Shown piece by piece: positions 45,174 through 59,382 of a DNA stretch of 64,000 nt. The notes beneath the pieces were generated by a model. That model had not been told where the DNA came from, did not search any database, and worked only from the letters and a program-made list of their open reading frames with translations. Source of the stretch: Candidatus Saccharimonadota bacterium. GTDB taxonomy: Bacteria; Patescibacteriota; Saccharimonadia; Saccharimonadales; AWTP1-31. The first letter of the stretch is position 1. Every line of letters begins with the position of its first letter. Position numbers and translations under genes: made by a program. The DNA is taken from contig DAISWP010000001.1 of the NCBI GenBank assembly GCA_036826335.1, positions 65,272 through 129,271 of the forward strand, written 5' to 3'.

Positions 45174-45659
45174 ATGAGTGATCAGAGACTCGAACTGGCA
45201 TTTCTTGATAAGATCCACCCACCGGAAGCTATTAGCCCCGAAATAATTATTGAGCAGCAACCGGGCGGCTTGTACTGGGTAGACTCAATGGGTATGGAGC
45301 CAGTTGCCATGCATCTTGGGCAGCTTGATTTTTACGGTATAGAACTGGCGTACAGCGCAAACACAGGGCGACATAGCGTCCGTGCTGTTTTGGGAAGATA
45401 CGAAAGGTTGAGCGTGGGAGAGACGCGAAAAACAGTCCTTAACCCGATTGCGTGCATAGGAAGAACATCACTCCTTGACGAAAAGGATCCAACGGCTGTA
45501 ACGAGACTGCTAATTGAGCAGAACAAGTTATTCTGGACTGACCTACTGGAATGGTATGAACTGGGTAAAGTAAAGCGAGTGTTTAAGCCTACAGAATCGT
45601 ACGAAGAAGAGATAAAACGAGCCCAGTTTATGATTGGGCTATACGAAACGTTATCTTAG
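45174..45659 (+). CDS. Hypothetical protein (161 aa)
   Basis: ORF only. Confidence 0.4.
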   Translation: MSDQRLELAFLDKIHPPEAISPEIIIEQQPGGLYWVDSMGMEPVAMHLGQLDFYGIELAYSANTGRHSVRAVLGRYERLSVGETRKTVLNPIACIGRTSLLDEKDPTAVTRLLIEQNKLFWTDLLEWYELGKVKRVFKPTESYEEEIKRAQFMIGLYETLS

Positions 45660-45726
45660 GCGAATAACTTATGCTTGCATGTACGTGGCATGGGCGTATA
45701 GTCCTTGGTAATAAAGGGACAAAAGT

Positions 45727-46314
45727 ATGCCACGTATTGGCGAAAGCCTACAGCCACCAACGTTAGAACCGGATTGGTTTACATTGTTTCGTATACCAAA
45801 GCGTTTTTTTGTATTGAGCCACGATGAGAGACGACAGTTTATTGAGGCACATCCCGGCATCGAGCCAAAACATCCAAATAGTCACAGACATGAAGTTTTA
45901 ACTCGAGATGATGTTGAACGAGCAAGACGCAGAAGCCCAATACTCCAGGCACGCGGCACGGCGGCATTGGCAAGGCAACTTGTACACGAAGGACCGGTCC
46001 GCACAAAACAGCCACTTCAGCTAAAGGTAAAAGATATCGATTGGGCGCCCGCTGGGCTGCACAAAGACAGGGCAAAAATGGTTGTTGCCCTCGATGATCC
46101 CCAGGGGAGACTCGCAGAAGAGGCGGGTGTCATGTTTGATGCTTTGTGTAGGCTGGGTGATGTGCAAATTGAACACAATGCAAGCCCTGACCCCGGACTA
46201 GTCATCGCGCGGAGCTCACTAGAACATGCTTCTGCCGAAGCATTGGCATTCTTATCAGAAAGAGTGGCGGACACGGTTACCCTTGGGCCGGTCTCCTCTG
46301 TGTACCAGCGATGA
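45727..46314 (+). CDS. Hypothetical protein (195 aa)
   Basis: ORF only. Confidence 0.4.
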   Translation: MPRIGESLQPPTLEPDWFTLFRIPKRFFVLSHDERRQFIEAHPGIEPKHPNSHRHEVLTRDDVERARRRSPILQARGTAALARQLVHEGPVRTKQPLQLKVKDIDWAPAGLHKDRAKMVVALDDPQGRLAEEAGVMFDALCRLGDVQIEHNASPDPGLVIARSSLEHASAEALAFLSERVADTVTLGPVSSVYQR

Positions 46315-46329
46315 TATATACTTGCCAAA

Positions 46330-47355
46330 ATGGAATTATCGCAATTTAACTATGACCTTCCAGAAAAATCTATAGCGCTTTATCCCCCAAAAAAACGAGG
46401 CGCTACAAAATTACTGGCACTAAATAAAAACACAGGGAAAATTAACGACTCTCGCTACGAATGCCTAGGAGATTTCTTGCGGCCAGGTGATGTGCTGGTG
46501 CTCAATAACACCAGCGTCTTGCCTGCGCGGCTCAAAACAAATACAGAGGGTGGGGCAGAACGCGAACTTCTATTGCTAGAAAAGCATGGGCAAAGTTCTG
46601 AGCACCATTCGTCGCTCGTTATGTATAGGCGGAAAATTAAGCGAGGGCAAATACTCCTGGTTGGTGATACTGAGTTGGTTGTCGATGAGGTATTCGAAAA
46701 TGGAACGGCAAAAGTGCATAGTGAGGTTGATTTGTGGGATTTGGCAGAACAAAAAGGAAGCGTTCCCTTGCCACCCTATATGCATCGCAACGAAGAGCCT
46801 GGTGATCGTGAGCGCTACCAAACTGTATTTGCGAAAGAAAAAGGTTCTATTGCTGCGCCAACTGCAAGCCTTAACCTTACGACAGGTATCCTGCAGTCGT
46901 TGCGTGACAAAGGCGTAGAGATTGTTGAGCTAACTTTGCATGTGGGCCTGGGGACATTTATGCCAATACGTGTCGACGATGTAACGAATCACAAAATGCA
47001 CCAAGAGTATTTTGAGATAGCAAAAGACGCTGTTGCAGCAATCCAAAAAGCAAAGAAAGAAGGACGACGGGTGGTTGCCGGAGGGACTACGGTAACAAGA
47101 ACACTTGAGTTTTGTGCCGATAAGATTATGCAGACGCCAGGGGACCTGTGTGGCGAAGCAGACATATTCATTTACCCCGGCTATACGTTTAAGATCGTCG
47201 ATGCTTTACTGACTAATTTCCATGCACCGCATTCGACAGTGCTTATGATGGCTGCCGCGTTTGCCGGCTGGGAGAACCTAAAACATGCGTACGAGCACGC
47301 ATTAGAAAATGATTACAAATTTCTCAGCTACGGCGACAGTATGCTGATCTGCTAG
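46330..47355 (+). CDS. queA: S-adenosylmethionine:tRNA ribosyltransferase-isomerase
   Basis: N-terminal FNYDLPEKSIALYP. C-terminal ...FHAPHSTVLMMAAAFAG... Confidence 0.85.
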   Translation: MELSQFNYDLPEKSIALYPPKKRGATKLLALNKNTGKINDSRYECLGDFLRPGDVLVLNNTSVLPARLKTNTEGGAERELLLLEKHGQSSEHHSSLVMYRRKIKRGQILLVGDTELVVDEVFENGTAKVHSEVDLWDLAEQKGSVPLPPYMHRNEEPGDRERYQTVFAKEKGSIAAPTASLNLTTGILQSLRDKGVEIVELTLHVGLGTFMPIRVDDVTNHKMHQEYFEIAKDAVAAIQKAKKEGRRVVAGGTTVTRTLEFCADKIMQTPGDLCGEADIFIYPGYTFKIVDALLTNFHAPHSTVLMMAAAFAGWENLKHAYEHALENDYKFLSYGDSMLIC

Positions 47356-48575
47356 TTTTTTTCAGACTCGTAACTCAAACGATACGTGCAACCACAGCGC
47401 ACGAGCAACCAATATGAGAAGAAGGCCCCCGCAACCAAATATGCTGCTTGTATTTTCAGCATTCCAGTGATGCCAAAGGGTGTAAGTGATAATCCGAGCA
47501 AAACTTTAGAGCCGGTATTCCCTACTTGTCTTATGAGCGATACACCGGACAAAACACTGGCACGGATGCCGCTTGCAGTTCGATCATTAATATAATCCGA
47601 TACGATTGGCTCTTGTAGGTTGTACTGTGCCTGCATAAAAACGTACACAGCCACCAAAAGCCACGGTGCGTGAACGACTGAAAAACAGAGATACGTCAGG
47701 CCTAAAAGGATATTTAGGTATAACATGGCTTTATCGAGTGAGAGAACTTGTTCTAGACGATGAACCAGCCGCAAGCACAAAGCATTAGCAAGACCTCCGA
47801 GCGTCAGGGCAAACCCAATGAAATATGGCGAGACGCCATTTGTTTTGAAGTATGCTTGGTACGAGCCGTAAACAACGTACACTGCAGGCAGGGTGAGCAA
47901 TCTTGTATACGTAATATTGCGCAAGAAACTATCCTGACGAATTTGGCCTAGGCTGCTTTTAAAGAGATGCCACATGCTGCTTCCGGCAAAGGGATTAAGC
48001 TCAGCCCCTACGACATCTCTTAGGCGAAGATTTACGATGAATGCAGCCATTTGGGCGATTGCAGCAGCAACGATAAGCGTTGTGAAGGCGTCATTCTTGA
48101 AGTGACCGTAGAGTAAGCCCACGGTTGCTGTGCCGATTGCGAACGCCAAGTTGTCGTATGACCACAAGTGCGAAAGATGTTTTTTATAATCTTTTCGGTT
48201 GCCTTCTGCTTTGGTGCCTTCGAACAGGAGTGCTTCTTTGCTGCCACTTTGCAGCGCCTCGCCGAGGCCAAATAACGCATTTGATACAAACAGCGTTAGT
48301 ACTGTTGGGGAGACAAGAACAAGCAGCATGCCCAAAGCTGACATCAGTGTACTGACAACAACTGACTTGCGGTGTCCAAATCTATCTGCCAGAACTCCTG
48401 TTGGCACTTCAAAAAGCAGTACCGCCGTAGAGTAGAAAGCCTGCGCTAAAACTACCACTGTCAGGTTAACGCCGTGTGTCAAAAAATATAACGGAACAAT
48501 CGGTGTGTAGAACGACAAGCCACTAAAAAATGAGGATAGCTTTAGGTAGTATGCATTCGTTCGTTGTTTGGCCAT
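47352..48575 (-). CDS. MFS transporter
   Basis: 12-TM topology. ...GVLADRFGHRK... MFS motif A region. Confidence 0.75.
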   Translation of the reverse strand: MAKQRTNAYYLKLSSFFSGLSFYTPIVPLYFLTHGVNLTVVVLAQAFYSTAVLLFEVPTGVLADRFGHRKSVVVSTLMSALGMLLVLVSPTVLTLFVSNALFGLGEALQSGSKEALLFEGTKAEGNRKDYKKHLSHLWSYDNLAFAIGTATVGLLYGHFKNDAFTTLIVAAAIAQMAAFIVNLRLRDVVGAELNPFAGSSMWHLFKSSLGQIRQDSFLRNITYTRLLTLPAVYVVYGSYQAYFKTNGVSPYFIGFALTLGGLANALCLRLVHRLEQVLSLDKAMLYLNILLGLTYLCFSVVHAPWLLVAVYVFMQAQYNLQEPIVSDYINDRTASGIRASVLSGVSLIRQVGNTGSKVLLGLSLTPFGITGMLKIQAAYLVAGAFFSYWLLVRCGCTYRLSYESEKN

Positions 48576-48648
48576 TGTTTGATTTTAAATCATAACAAAG
48601 AAAAGGACGACCATGGGGTCGCCCTTTCAGTTATTTTGGTATGTAGTT

Positions 48649-49206
48649 TTAGTTTGAAGGTGGCAACAATACCGTATCAATAACGTGGATGGTGCCGTTA
48701 CTTGTTTCGATGTCTGTTTTTGTAACGTTCGCATCGTTAACCATGACATTCGAACCGTCTACCTTGACGGCAACGTCTTGGCCAGCAACTGTTGTAGCCT
48801 TGGTTAACTTCACGACATCAGCGGCTTTTACGTTACCAGATACAACGTGGTAGGTAAGGATCGCTTTTAGCTTCGCAGGATCCTTTAATAGGCTATCAAG
48901 CGTGCCAGCTGGCAGCTTATCAAACGCTGCATTCGTTGGTGCAAAGACCGTGAATGGGCCACTACCACTTAACGTATCAACAAGGCCTGCTGCCTTAATA
49001 GCTGCTACCAGCGTTGAAAAGTCAGGGTTGCCGCTTGCTACCTCAACGATGTTTTTGCTGTTCATCGTATCTTGCTTAGTCGTCTCTGTTTGTGAAGATG
49101 ACGCATCTTTTTTACTATCATCTTTGTTGTTGTTGACGAGAAAAAGTCCTCCCCCTAAAACTGCTAATACCACAACGCTAATTATGGCTACTTTACTTCC
49201 TTCCAT
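48649..49206 (-). CDS. Fasciclin (FAS1) domain protein, secreted or anchored
   Basis: N-terminal TM/signal segment. FAS1 motifs [10 protein letters not shown] and ...LTYHVVSG... Confidence 0.7.
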   Translation of the reverse strand: MEGSKVAIISVVVLAVLGGGLFLVNNNKDDSKKDASSSQTETTKQDTMNSKNIVEVASGNPDFSTLVAAIKAAGLVDTLSGSGPFTVFAPTNAAFDKLPAGTLDSLLKDPAKLKAILTYHVVSGNVKAADVVKLTKATTVAGQDVAVKVDGSNVMVNDANVTKTDIETSNGTIHVIDTVLLPPSN

Positions 49207-49353
49207 CTTTTTTCCTTTCTAGGGCTTATGCCCAAAATTAGTTTGTAAGTCCAGCATAAGTAAAGAGTTGTTTACGCCACGTAAACAATGTGTAAAGAGA
49301 CTGTTTAGGCTCGTTAACAGTTTATTAACGCTAATCTGGTACATTAGTTACAT

Positions 49354-50040
49354 ATGAGTAACAAAGTACTAGTTATTGAAGATAATAATGACATGCGAGA
49401 AGCCTTGGAACGCTTTCTTAGCTCGAACGGTTTCGCAGTCTCCGCATATGATTCCACAGAGGATGGCATAGATGCTGTTGACGAAATCGACTTTGATATC
49501 GGGCTTATCGACATCAACCTACCGGGTAAGAGCGGCTTTTCGATGATCGAGTACATACGAAACAATGGCAGCACCATGCCGCTTGTTGCAATGACGGCAC
49601 GAGATGGACTGCAAGATAAATTGAATGGTTTTGATCTGGGGTTAACCGACTATATAGTGAAGCCTTTTGAACTGCGCGAATTATTAGCTCGTATGCAAGT
49701 ACACCTCCGCGCACAGAAAAATGGCGCAGACAGTGACGAGATCACGACAGCTAACTTCCGAATAAATAGTAAGACATGGGACTTTTATGTGCACAACAAA
49801 AAAGTTGAGCTTACGAATACCGAATTTCGTATTATGCAGATATTGATGACGCACAGCCCAACAGTTGTTAAGTTGAACGACCTTATTGAGTTTGTCTGGG
49901 GCGACGGCCCCGAATCAGACAACCCGCCTGTTCGGATCCATCTTGCAAATATTCGGAAAAAAATCGGTGACAAGCAACTGAATATTATTAAAACAGTCCC
50001 TGGTATTGGGTATAAGCTGAATGACTCTCCAGCAGAGTAA
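49354..50040 (+). CDS. OmpR-family response regulator
   Basis: Receiver domain (DDNNDMREAL...GLIDINLPGKSG). C-terminal winged helix (...LTNTEFRIMQILMTH...VPGIGYKL). Confidence 0.8.
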   Translation: MSNKVLVIEDNNDMREALERFLSSNGFAVSAYDSTEDGIDAVDEIDFDIGLIDINLPGKSGFSMIEYIRNNGSTMPLVAMTARDGLQDKLNGFDLGLTDYIVKPFELRELLARMQVHLRAQKNGADSDEITTANFRINSKTWDFYVHNKKVELTNTEFRIMQILMTHSPTVVKLNDLIEFVWGDGPESDNPPVRIHLANIRKKIGDKQLNIIKTVPGIGYKLNDSPAE

Positions 50041-50045
50041 TCGCC

Positions 50046-53078
<3,033 letters not shown>

Positions 53079-53182
53079 GGGGCAATATTAACATAAAACA
53101 TCAATTTTGTAAAGTGTTTTTGTTTGTTGTGTATTGTACTATTGCGACCCTTAGGCTAAGGCTGTTATAGTTAAATCCTAGT

Positions 53183-53764
53183 ATGGCAGTACTAGATCAA
53201 GGCATAGAAACGACAGAACGACCCGGAGAGGGTCGTTTTTTTATGCCTATCGCATTGGATAATCTAAGGTCTGACGTCGTTGCACAGGCGGACGTACTTC
53301 GCCAACAGCGTATACAATCTGGCCCAAGCTTTGAGAGTCGTGTCGGCGAATTTGAAGAGCGGTTTCTTGCTCTTGATCAAGGGTTAACCGATGTGCGTGG
53401 TGAAACTGCTGGGGTGCATGCATTTCGCATATTATATCCGGAGCGCCTGGTTTCACGCACTAATGCCTACGACAGACTTACGGAGCACTATAAAGTTAAA
53501 CAACAAGAACAAGGGCCAACAAGATCGGTAGTTGTACCAACCGCAGCTATAAATACGCACAAGCTGCTCAGGTTTCCCGGCGAAGGTGACTATAACTACT
53601 ACCCCGTAGTCGATATGCGGATTCAAACGAGAACCGATCCGGTTATACAAATTTATACCCTTGAGGGCCTTCAGGACTTACCAGGCACCGGGCTTTGGTA
53701 TCGATTCCCTCTCGCAGACGTTGAGATTCAGCCAATAATGTTACCGGGTGGGAGTGAGCGGTAG
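53183..53764 (+). CDS. Hypothetical protein (193 aa)
   Basis: ORF. Its stop is adjacent to the start of the next gene. Confidence 0.4.
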   Translation: MAVLDQGIETTERPGEGRFFMPIALDNLRSDVVAQADVLRQQRIQSGPSFESRVGEFEERFLALDQGLTDVRGETAGVHAFRILYPERLVSRTNAYDRLTEHYKVKQQEQGPTRSVVVPTAAINTHKLLRFPGEGDYNYYPVVDMRIQTRTDPVIQIYTLEGLQDLPGTGLWYRFPLADVEIQPIMLPGGSER

Positions 53765-54346
53765 ATGGAGACGCTAAGACCCACCTCCGAAGAATCAAAT
53801 CAGCACCGCCAAGAAGGCGGTGTTTTTTTATGCCATGGCCTTATCTCGCCACATGTTATTAATCTCTTGGACAGCCTGAGCCTAATAAAGGCAACAAGCG
53901 AAGAGTCAGCCAGGGCGTTGGCAGCCGCTGCAAAAGACGCAAACTTTGATAGGTATGGTGATCAGCTTTATAACTACGTGCGCTCGCCCAATAAGACGCA
54001 TCCAGGTATTCTCAGGCGAATTATTTTTATGGAAACACATCTAGAGCGAGCATCACATTACGCTGACGCCTGTAGCGCTATCGGAAGAACGGGTGAAAGA
54101 GTTGCCCTTAGGCTTCAAGAAATTATTTTGCCAGAAGAGACACTAACTCTGGGCGACAGCGCCTATCGGTTGGCAACCGGCCCGCTTGGACGAATATCTC
54201 TCAGTTACCATGATGGTACGAAAGTAGTTTTATATAACTGTTGGGCAAAGGTAGATCATGTAACGCAGCGTATTGCAGGCGTCCAGGATCAAATACAGCT
54301 AGTGCAGGATGTAGTTACCCACAATAATGAGCGCATGGCCGCTTAA
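53765..54346 (+). CDS. Hypothetical protein (193 aa)
   Basis: ATG immediately after the upstream TAG (coupled). Confidence 0.4.
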   Translation: METLRPTSEESNQHRQEGGVFLCHGLISPHVINLLDSLSLIKATSEESARALAAAAKDANFDRYGDQLYNYVRSPNKTHPGILRRIIFMETHLERASHYADACSAIGRTGERVALRLQEIILPEETLTLGDSAYRLATGPLGRISLSYHDGTKVVLYNCWAKVDHVTQRIAGVQDQIQLVQDVVTHNNERMAA

Positions 54347-54360
54347 AAACCGATGACCTG

Positions 54361-54888
54361 TTAGATCCAGCGGATTAGGGTCGCATTTGGTATGCCTGCA
54401 TGCACATCTGCCTCTGGTTCTACGAGCTTCCTGATGGCCCGTCCAATGCCGCCGTGGCCAACCAATAAGATGTTTTCCTTGGTGCTCATCTGGACGATCT
54501 CTAAGATGGCAGCCGCTCTCTTGATAAGATCAGACCAAGACTCAACTCCGGCAGGTAAGGGTTCTTCTAAAAGTGAAACGCTTGCCGCACGTGAGTAGGG
54601 AGTTGCTTCGAGGCTGCCATAATTTCGCTCTTGTAAGTTATCGTTAAGCTCGATCAAACTTGGGGGTAGCTTAGCCCCTTTTACAAACAGTTTCGCTGTT
54701 TGGTGAGCTCTGTCTAAGGGAGAGGCAAAGATAGCATCTATTTTTATCCCTTCTAGCTGCGCCTGCTTACCCGCCGTTAGTGCTTGCTGTTTGCCCTCTT
54801 CGGTTAAAGGGGTGTTGGTCCTCCCAGCAAATAACCCTTGGACATTCATGACACTTTGGCCGTGGCGGATGTAATAAAGTCGTTTCAT
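54361..54888 (-). CDS. Histidine phosphatase (PhoE/GpmB branch)
   Basis: RHG motif LYYIRHGQSVMN. C-terminal ...VGHGG... Confidence 0.7.
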   Translation of the reverse strand: MKRLYYIRHGQSVMNVQGLFAGRTNTPLTEEGKQQALTAGKQAQLEGIKIDAIFASPLDRAHQTAKLFVKGAKLPPSLIELNDNLQERNYGSLEATPYSRAASVSLLEEPLPAGVESWSDLIKRAAAILEIVQMSTKENILLVGHGGIGRAIRKLVEPEADVHAGIPNATLIRWI

Positions 54889-54908
54889 ACCTTATAATCT
54901 TAACAGGC

Positions 54909-55796
54909 ATGAAGGTTGATTTGCAGCCAGGAAAATATGTTGTCGCAGTTTCTGGCGGGGTGGACTCGGTAGCACTGCTTCATTTACTTGCACAAACGCC
55001 AGGGGTGGCGATAACAGTTGCACACTTTGACCATGGCATTCGTGATGACTCAGAGCAAGACCGCAAGTTAGTTCAAGAGCATGCTGCAGTGCTCGGGTTG
55101 CCATTTGTATATGATCGAGTGGAACTGGGGAAAGGAACTAGCGAAGCGACTGCCCGCGAGGCACGCTATACATTCTTGCGGTCCGTGCAAAAGACTGCTG
55201 GAGCACAGGCGCTTGTAACAGCGCATCATAAAGATGATCTACTAGAGACCGTTATTATTAATCTACTTCGTGGCACTGGCCGCCTGGGTTTAAGTTCACT
55301 GTCCGACAAATCCGATTTACGTCGACCGTTGCTTGGGTTTACAAAGAAAGATATTGCAGCCTATGCCAGTGAGCAGGGGCTCGTATGGCGAGAAGACACT
55401 ACGAATAGTGATACAAAATTACTCAGGAACTACATTCGTCGCGTGCTTATTCCAAAACTGGATGCAACGAGCAAAGAGCAGCTGTTGGCGCATGCTCGTC
55501 ACCTGTCGGTTTTAAATCGGGCTATAGATACAGACCTCACGACCTATCTTCACTTGCAGCCATCCCGGCAAACTCTCGACCGAACAATGTTCTGTATGCT
55601 TCCACACGTGGTGGCTCGTGAAGTGCTTGCGGCCTGGTTGCGCAGCCACGATATTCGGTCATTCGACAGCAAAATGCTAGAGCGACTGGTTGTTGCTATA
55701 AAAACGTATACACCAGGAAAACAGGTAGACATCGATGTTAGGCATAGACTCCTTGTTGGGTCTGACGTACTGGCACTCGTAACACGTGACCGCTAG
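54909..55796 (+). CDS. tilS: tRNA(Ile)-lysidine synthetase
   Basis: PP-loop VAVSGGVDSVALLHLL. 295 aa, the short form without a C-terminal extension. Confidence 0.8.
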   Translation: MKVDLQPGKYVVAVSGGVDSVALLHLLAQTPGVAITVAHFDHGIRDDSEQDRKLVQEHAAVLGLPFVYDRVELGKGTSEATAREARYTFLRSVQKTAGAQALVTAHHKDDLLETVIINLLRGTGRLGLSSLSDKSDLRRPLLGFTKKDIAAYASEQGLVWREDTTNSDTKLLRNYIRRVLIPKLDATSKEQLLAHARHLSVLNRAIDTDLTTYLHLQPSRQTLDRTMFCMLPHVVAREVLAAWLRSHDIRSFDSKMLERLVVAIKTYTPGKQVDIDVRHRLLVGSDVLALVTRDR

Positions 55797-55830
55797 CATT
55801 CTAGGCAGACCCGCGGTATAATTTTAGTAC

Positions 55831-57696
55831 ATGGATAAAAAACCGTTTCGGAATAATCAAGCACCTGGTGCAAACAATAAAAAAGGCTTTAAGAATGTTG
55901 GCTTTGTTGCATTACTAATTCTTATCGCAATGATAGTATTCACGGCTGTGGGGCAGCCAAGCAAGTTAAAGGACGCCTCATTTTCTGATGTCATTCGTCG
56001 AGCAAACAACGGTGAGATTCAACAGATAGTCATTAAGGGCAATAGTATAGAGGTCACCAAAAAAGGCGAAGACAAGCCATCCGAGAAATCCTATAAAGAA
56101 GCTGGCTCGAGTATTTATGAGCAGGGGCTCACCAATCGCAATGTCGATGTTGCGGTAAAGAACGACTCAAGTGGTGGCTTCTGGCTGAGTCTCGCAAGTG
56201 GTATCATCCCCGTAATACTGATTAGCGCGGTTTTGTTCTTTATGTTGCGTAGTGCGCAGGGCCAAGGAAACCAGGCAATGAGTTTTGGTAAAAGCCGGGC
56301 GCGTCTTTATGGCAACGAGAAAGACAAGGTTAATTTTAAGAGTATTGCTGGTAGCGAAGAGGCCAAGCAAGACCTAGAAGAAGTGGTTGAGTTTCTTAAG
56401 TATCCGAAAAAATTCGAGTCTGTTGGCGCAAAAATTCCAAAAGGAGTTCTTCTGGTTGGCCCTCCTGGCACAGGTAAGACAATGCTGGCCCGCGCCGTAG
56501 CTGGCGAAGCAAACGCACCGTTCTTTAGCATTAGTGGTTCGGAATTCGTCGAAATGTTCGTGGGCGTTGGGGCGAGTCGTGTAAGAGACCTGTTTGCAAA
56601 GGCTAAGAAGAACGCACCATGCATAATCTTCATTGATGAGATAGATGCCGTCGGTCGCCGTCGTGGCAGCGGTATGGGGGGTGGCCATGACGAGCGTGAA
56701 CAAACGCTTAACCAGATTTTGGTAGAAATGGATGGCTTTGAACAGGGAACGAATGTCATTGTTTTAGCCGCAACAAACCGAGCGGATGTGCTAGACCCGG
56801 CTTTGCTTCGCCCTGGTCGTTTTGATCGACGAGTTAACATTGGGTTACCCGATCGTAAAGATCGAGAAGCTATTCTTAAAATACACTTTGAAAAGAAGCC
56901 GGTAGCAAAGGGAGTCGACCTCGACTCATTAGCGGGCAAAACGGCCGGTTCATCGGGTGCAGATTTGGCAAACATGGCTAACGAGGCAGCTATTATTGCT
57001 GCTCGTCATAACCGTAAAGATATCACCCAGGAAGATGTGACATCTGCCTTCGAAAAAGTTGCCATTGGCCCAGAACGCAAGAGTAAGATAATGAGCGAAA
57101 AAGAAAAGGAGACCACTGCCTATCACGAAGCGGGCCATGCTATTGTGGGTCACGTTCTGCCAGACAGCGACATGGTGCACAAGGTCACTATTATCCCGCG
57201 TGGCGGCACCGGTGGTGTTACTTGGTTTATCCCGCCAGAAGATAAAAGCTACCATAGTATTGTTGAGTTTAAAGATATGCTGGCGAGAGCTATGGGCGGC
57301 CGGATTGCAGAAGAAGTAGTGTATGGGCGTAACCATGTGACGACCGGTGCAGGTAATGACTTGCAAAAGGCTGCCGAGATTGCCCGCGACATGATCATAA
57401 ATCAAGGCATGGGCGACAAATTACGAGATCAAGTTTTTCATGTTGAAGAAGGTGTTATGCTTGATCGACTGGTCCAGGAACGCCAGTACTCAGATGATAC
57501 TGCGAAGTTGATTGACGATGAGGTCGAGGCTCTTATTACCGAGGCTGCTCGTCGCGCACGTGAAGTCATTAAGGCAAACCGCACACAGCTTGAAGCACTC
57601 AAGGATAGATTACTCGAGAAAGAAACCGTGGAAGCCGACGAAGTACTCGAAGTTCTAAAGGATACATCCGTCCCCAAGACAGCAATTTTGTACTAA
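55831..57696 (+). CDS. ftsH: ATP-dependent zinc metalloprotease FtsH
   Basis: Walker [12 protein letters not shown] region. Zn motif [10 protein letters not shown]. Two N-terminal TM helices. Confidence 0.9.
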   Translation: MDKKPFRNNQAPGANNKKGFKNVGFVALLILIAMIVFTAVGQPSKLKDASFSDVIRRANNGEIQQIVIKGNSIEVTKKGEDKPSEKSYKEAGSSIYEQGLTNRNVDVAVKNDSSGGFWLSLASGIIPVILISAVLFFMLRSAQGQGNQAMSFGKSRARLYGNEKDKVNFKSIAGSEEAKQDLEEVVEFLKYPKKFESVGAKIPKGVLLVGPPGTGKTMLARAVAGEANAPFFSISGSEFVEMFVGVGASRVRDLFAKAKKNAPCIIFIDEIDAVGRRRGSGMGGGHDEREQTLNQILVEMDGFEQGTNVIVLAATNRADVLDPALLRPGRFDRRVNIGLPDRKDREAILKIHFEKKPVAKGVDLDSLAGKTAGSSGADLANMANEAAIIAARHNRKDITQEDVTSAFEKVAIGPERKSKIMSEKEKETTAYHEAGHAIVGHVLPDSDMVHKVTIIPRGGTGGVTWFIPPEDKSYHSIVEFKDMLARAMGGRIAEEVVYGRNHVTTGAGNDLQKAAEIARDMIINQGMGDKLRDQVFHVEEGVMLDRLVQERQYSDDTAKLIDDEVEALITEAARRAREVIKANRTQLEALKDRLLEKETVEADEVLEVLKDTSVPKTAILY

Positions 57697-57765
57697 ATAA
57701 AGCGCACTATATTTCGTAAAATTCGCACTGTTCGACCACTACTTTTGTATCTATAATAGAGCGCA

Positions 57766-59358
57766 ATGAATCGCATACTTCGCCGCGTTAACAAAAAAGT
57801 CAGCTTAGGCGGCGCGGCGACCCTGTTGATTGGCACGTCTATGTTCGGTCAGGCTCTCGGTTTTTTACGTCTAAAACTGGTCAACGCTAACTTTAGTCCC
57901 GTTGGCCCACAGAGTACCGATGCATACTTTGCGGCGTTTAAGATCCCGGATTTCTTCTTCTTTACATTAGCCGCTGGAGCTTTAGGGGTGGCGTTTATGC
58001 CCATCTTGGCCGATCATTTAGAGCGTAGCGATCGAAAGGGTGTGTGGGAACTAACCTCCAGCCTGCTTAACTTGTTGGCCGTTTTGATGGCTGTGGTGGC
58101 GGTTATCATCATAGTATTTGCCGAGCCGCTCCTACACTATGTTGTGGCTCCAAAATTGAGCCCCGAACAGCTTCATAATGCTGCGACGATAATGCGTTTG
58201 ATTGCCATTAACCCCTTGTTGTTCACTATTTCGGGCATCATAACAAGCGTTCAACAAACCTTCGGCCGGTTCTTCTTCTATGCGCTCGCACCGTTGTTCT
58301 ATAACGTGTCAATCATCATCAGCATCTATGTGTTCAAGGATAATATCGGCATTATTGGGTTAGGGATTGGGGCGCTGGCAGGGGCGGTATTCCAAGTATT
58401 AATAGCCTCGCTCGGTTTGTTTGGTACAGGCTTCAAGTATATCCCCAAGATTACCTGGAAAAGCCCAGATTTTCGTCTGATTCTACGACAACTTCCGCCT
58501 CGTTCTATCGACCAAGGCATTGACTCACTGAACAGTATTGTAGAGACAAACTTTGCGCGCCGACTAGGTGAGGGTAATATTAGTTACTACGAAAATGCCT
58601 ACACCTTGCACACTGCACCTACGCTGCTTATTGGCACGGCCGTTTCGACGGCAGCCTTCCCGCGTTTAACCAAGCGCTTAGCACAGGGAAGAGTAGACTT
58701 ATTCCGACGGGATTTCCTGCGAATCCTGCGTGTAATGATATGGCTCATTGCACCCATAACAGTTGTTTCTTACTTTGCTCGTGGGTACCTAGCGCGCATG
58801 ATATTCTCGCGCGGCTCACCACAGATAGCCACCATCTTTGGGTACCTGATTATGGCCATTTTCTTCCGAACACTTTACGCTATTATTTCCCGTTGGTTCT
58901 ATGCACAAAAAGATACGAAGACGCCACTGCTTGTTTCGCTATTTTCCATTGCCCTTAACATCTTTCTTGCGTACACGCTATCTCGACCAACCGCATATGG
59001 CGTTGCTGGCCTTGCCATGGCGCAGTCGCTTGTTGCCATGGCAGAAGTGGTCGTACTCTTTACGATTATGGTATTGCGGGATCATAAGCTGCTCGACCAG
59101 GCGTTCTTGTCTGGCTGTGCCAAGATCATATCTGTTACCGGTTTTAGCGTTATTGCTGCATTTCTGATGGTTTCGTTCTTCCCGCTCGGGCTTAACGACC
59201 GTGGTGTCATTGTCTTGGGCAGCAAGCTTGGCATTATTTCAGTCGTAACACTTACTGTGCATGTCACGCTTTCATCACTATTTGGTCTAGAAGAGGCCGC
59301 AGTGGTGATCGATAAAATCCGCAAATTTATCCTGCGACCAATAAAAGTCCCGTTTTAG
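57766..59358 (+). CDS. murJ: Lipid II flippase MurJ/MviN
   Basis: 530 aa, about 14 TM helices. MviN-type N-terminal region. Confidence 0.8.
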   Translation: MNRILRRVNKKVSLGGAATLLIGTSMFGQALGFLRLKLVNANFSPVGPQSTDAYFAAFKIPDFFFFTLAAGALGVAFMPILADHLERSDRKGVWELTSSLLNLLAVLMAVVAVIIIVFAEPLLHYVVAPKLSPEQLHNAATIMRLIAINPLLFTISGIITSVQQTFGRFFFYALAPLFYNVSIIISIYVFKDNIGIIGLGIGALAGAVFQVLIASLGLFGTGFKYIPKITWKSPDFRLILRQLPPRSIDQGIDSLNSIVETNFARRLGEGNISYYENAYTLHTAPTLLIGTAVSTAAFPRLTKRLAQGRVDLFRRDFLRILRVMIWLIAPITVVSYFARGYLARMIFSRGSPQIATIFGYLIMAIFFRTLYAIISRWFYAQKDTKTPLLVSLFSIALNIFLAYTLSRPTAYGVAGLAMAQSLVAMAEVVVLFTIMVLRDHKLLDQAFLSGCAKIISVTGFSVIAAFLMVSFFPLGLNDRGVIVLGSKLGIISVVTLTVHVTLSSLFGLEEAAVVIDKIRKFILRPIKVPF

Positions 59359-59382
59359 CAAATATCGTACCTCTGTTATACT

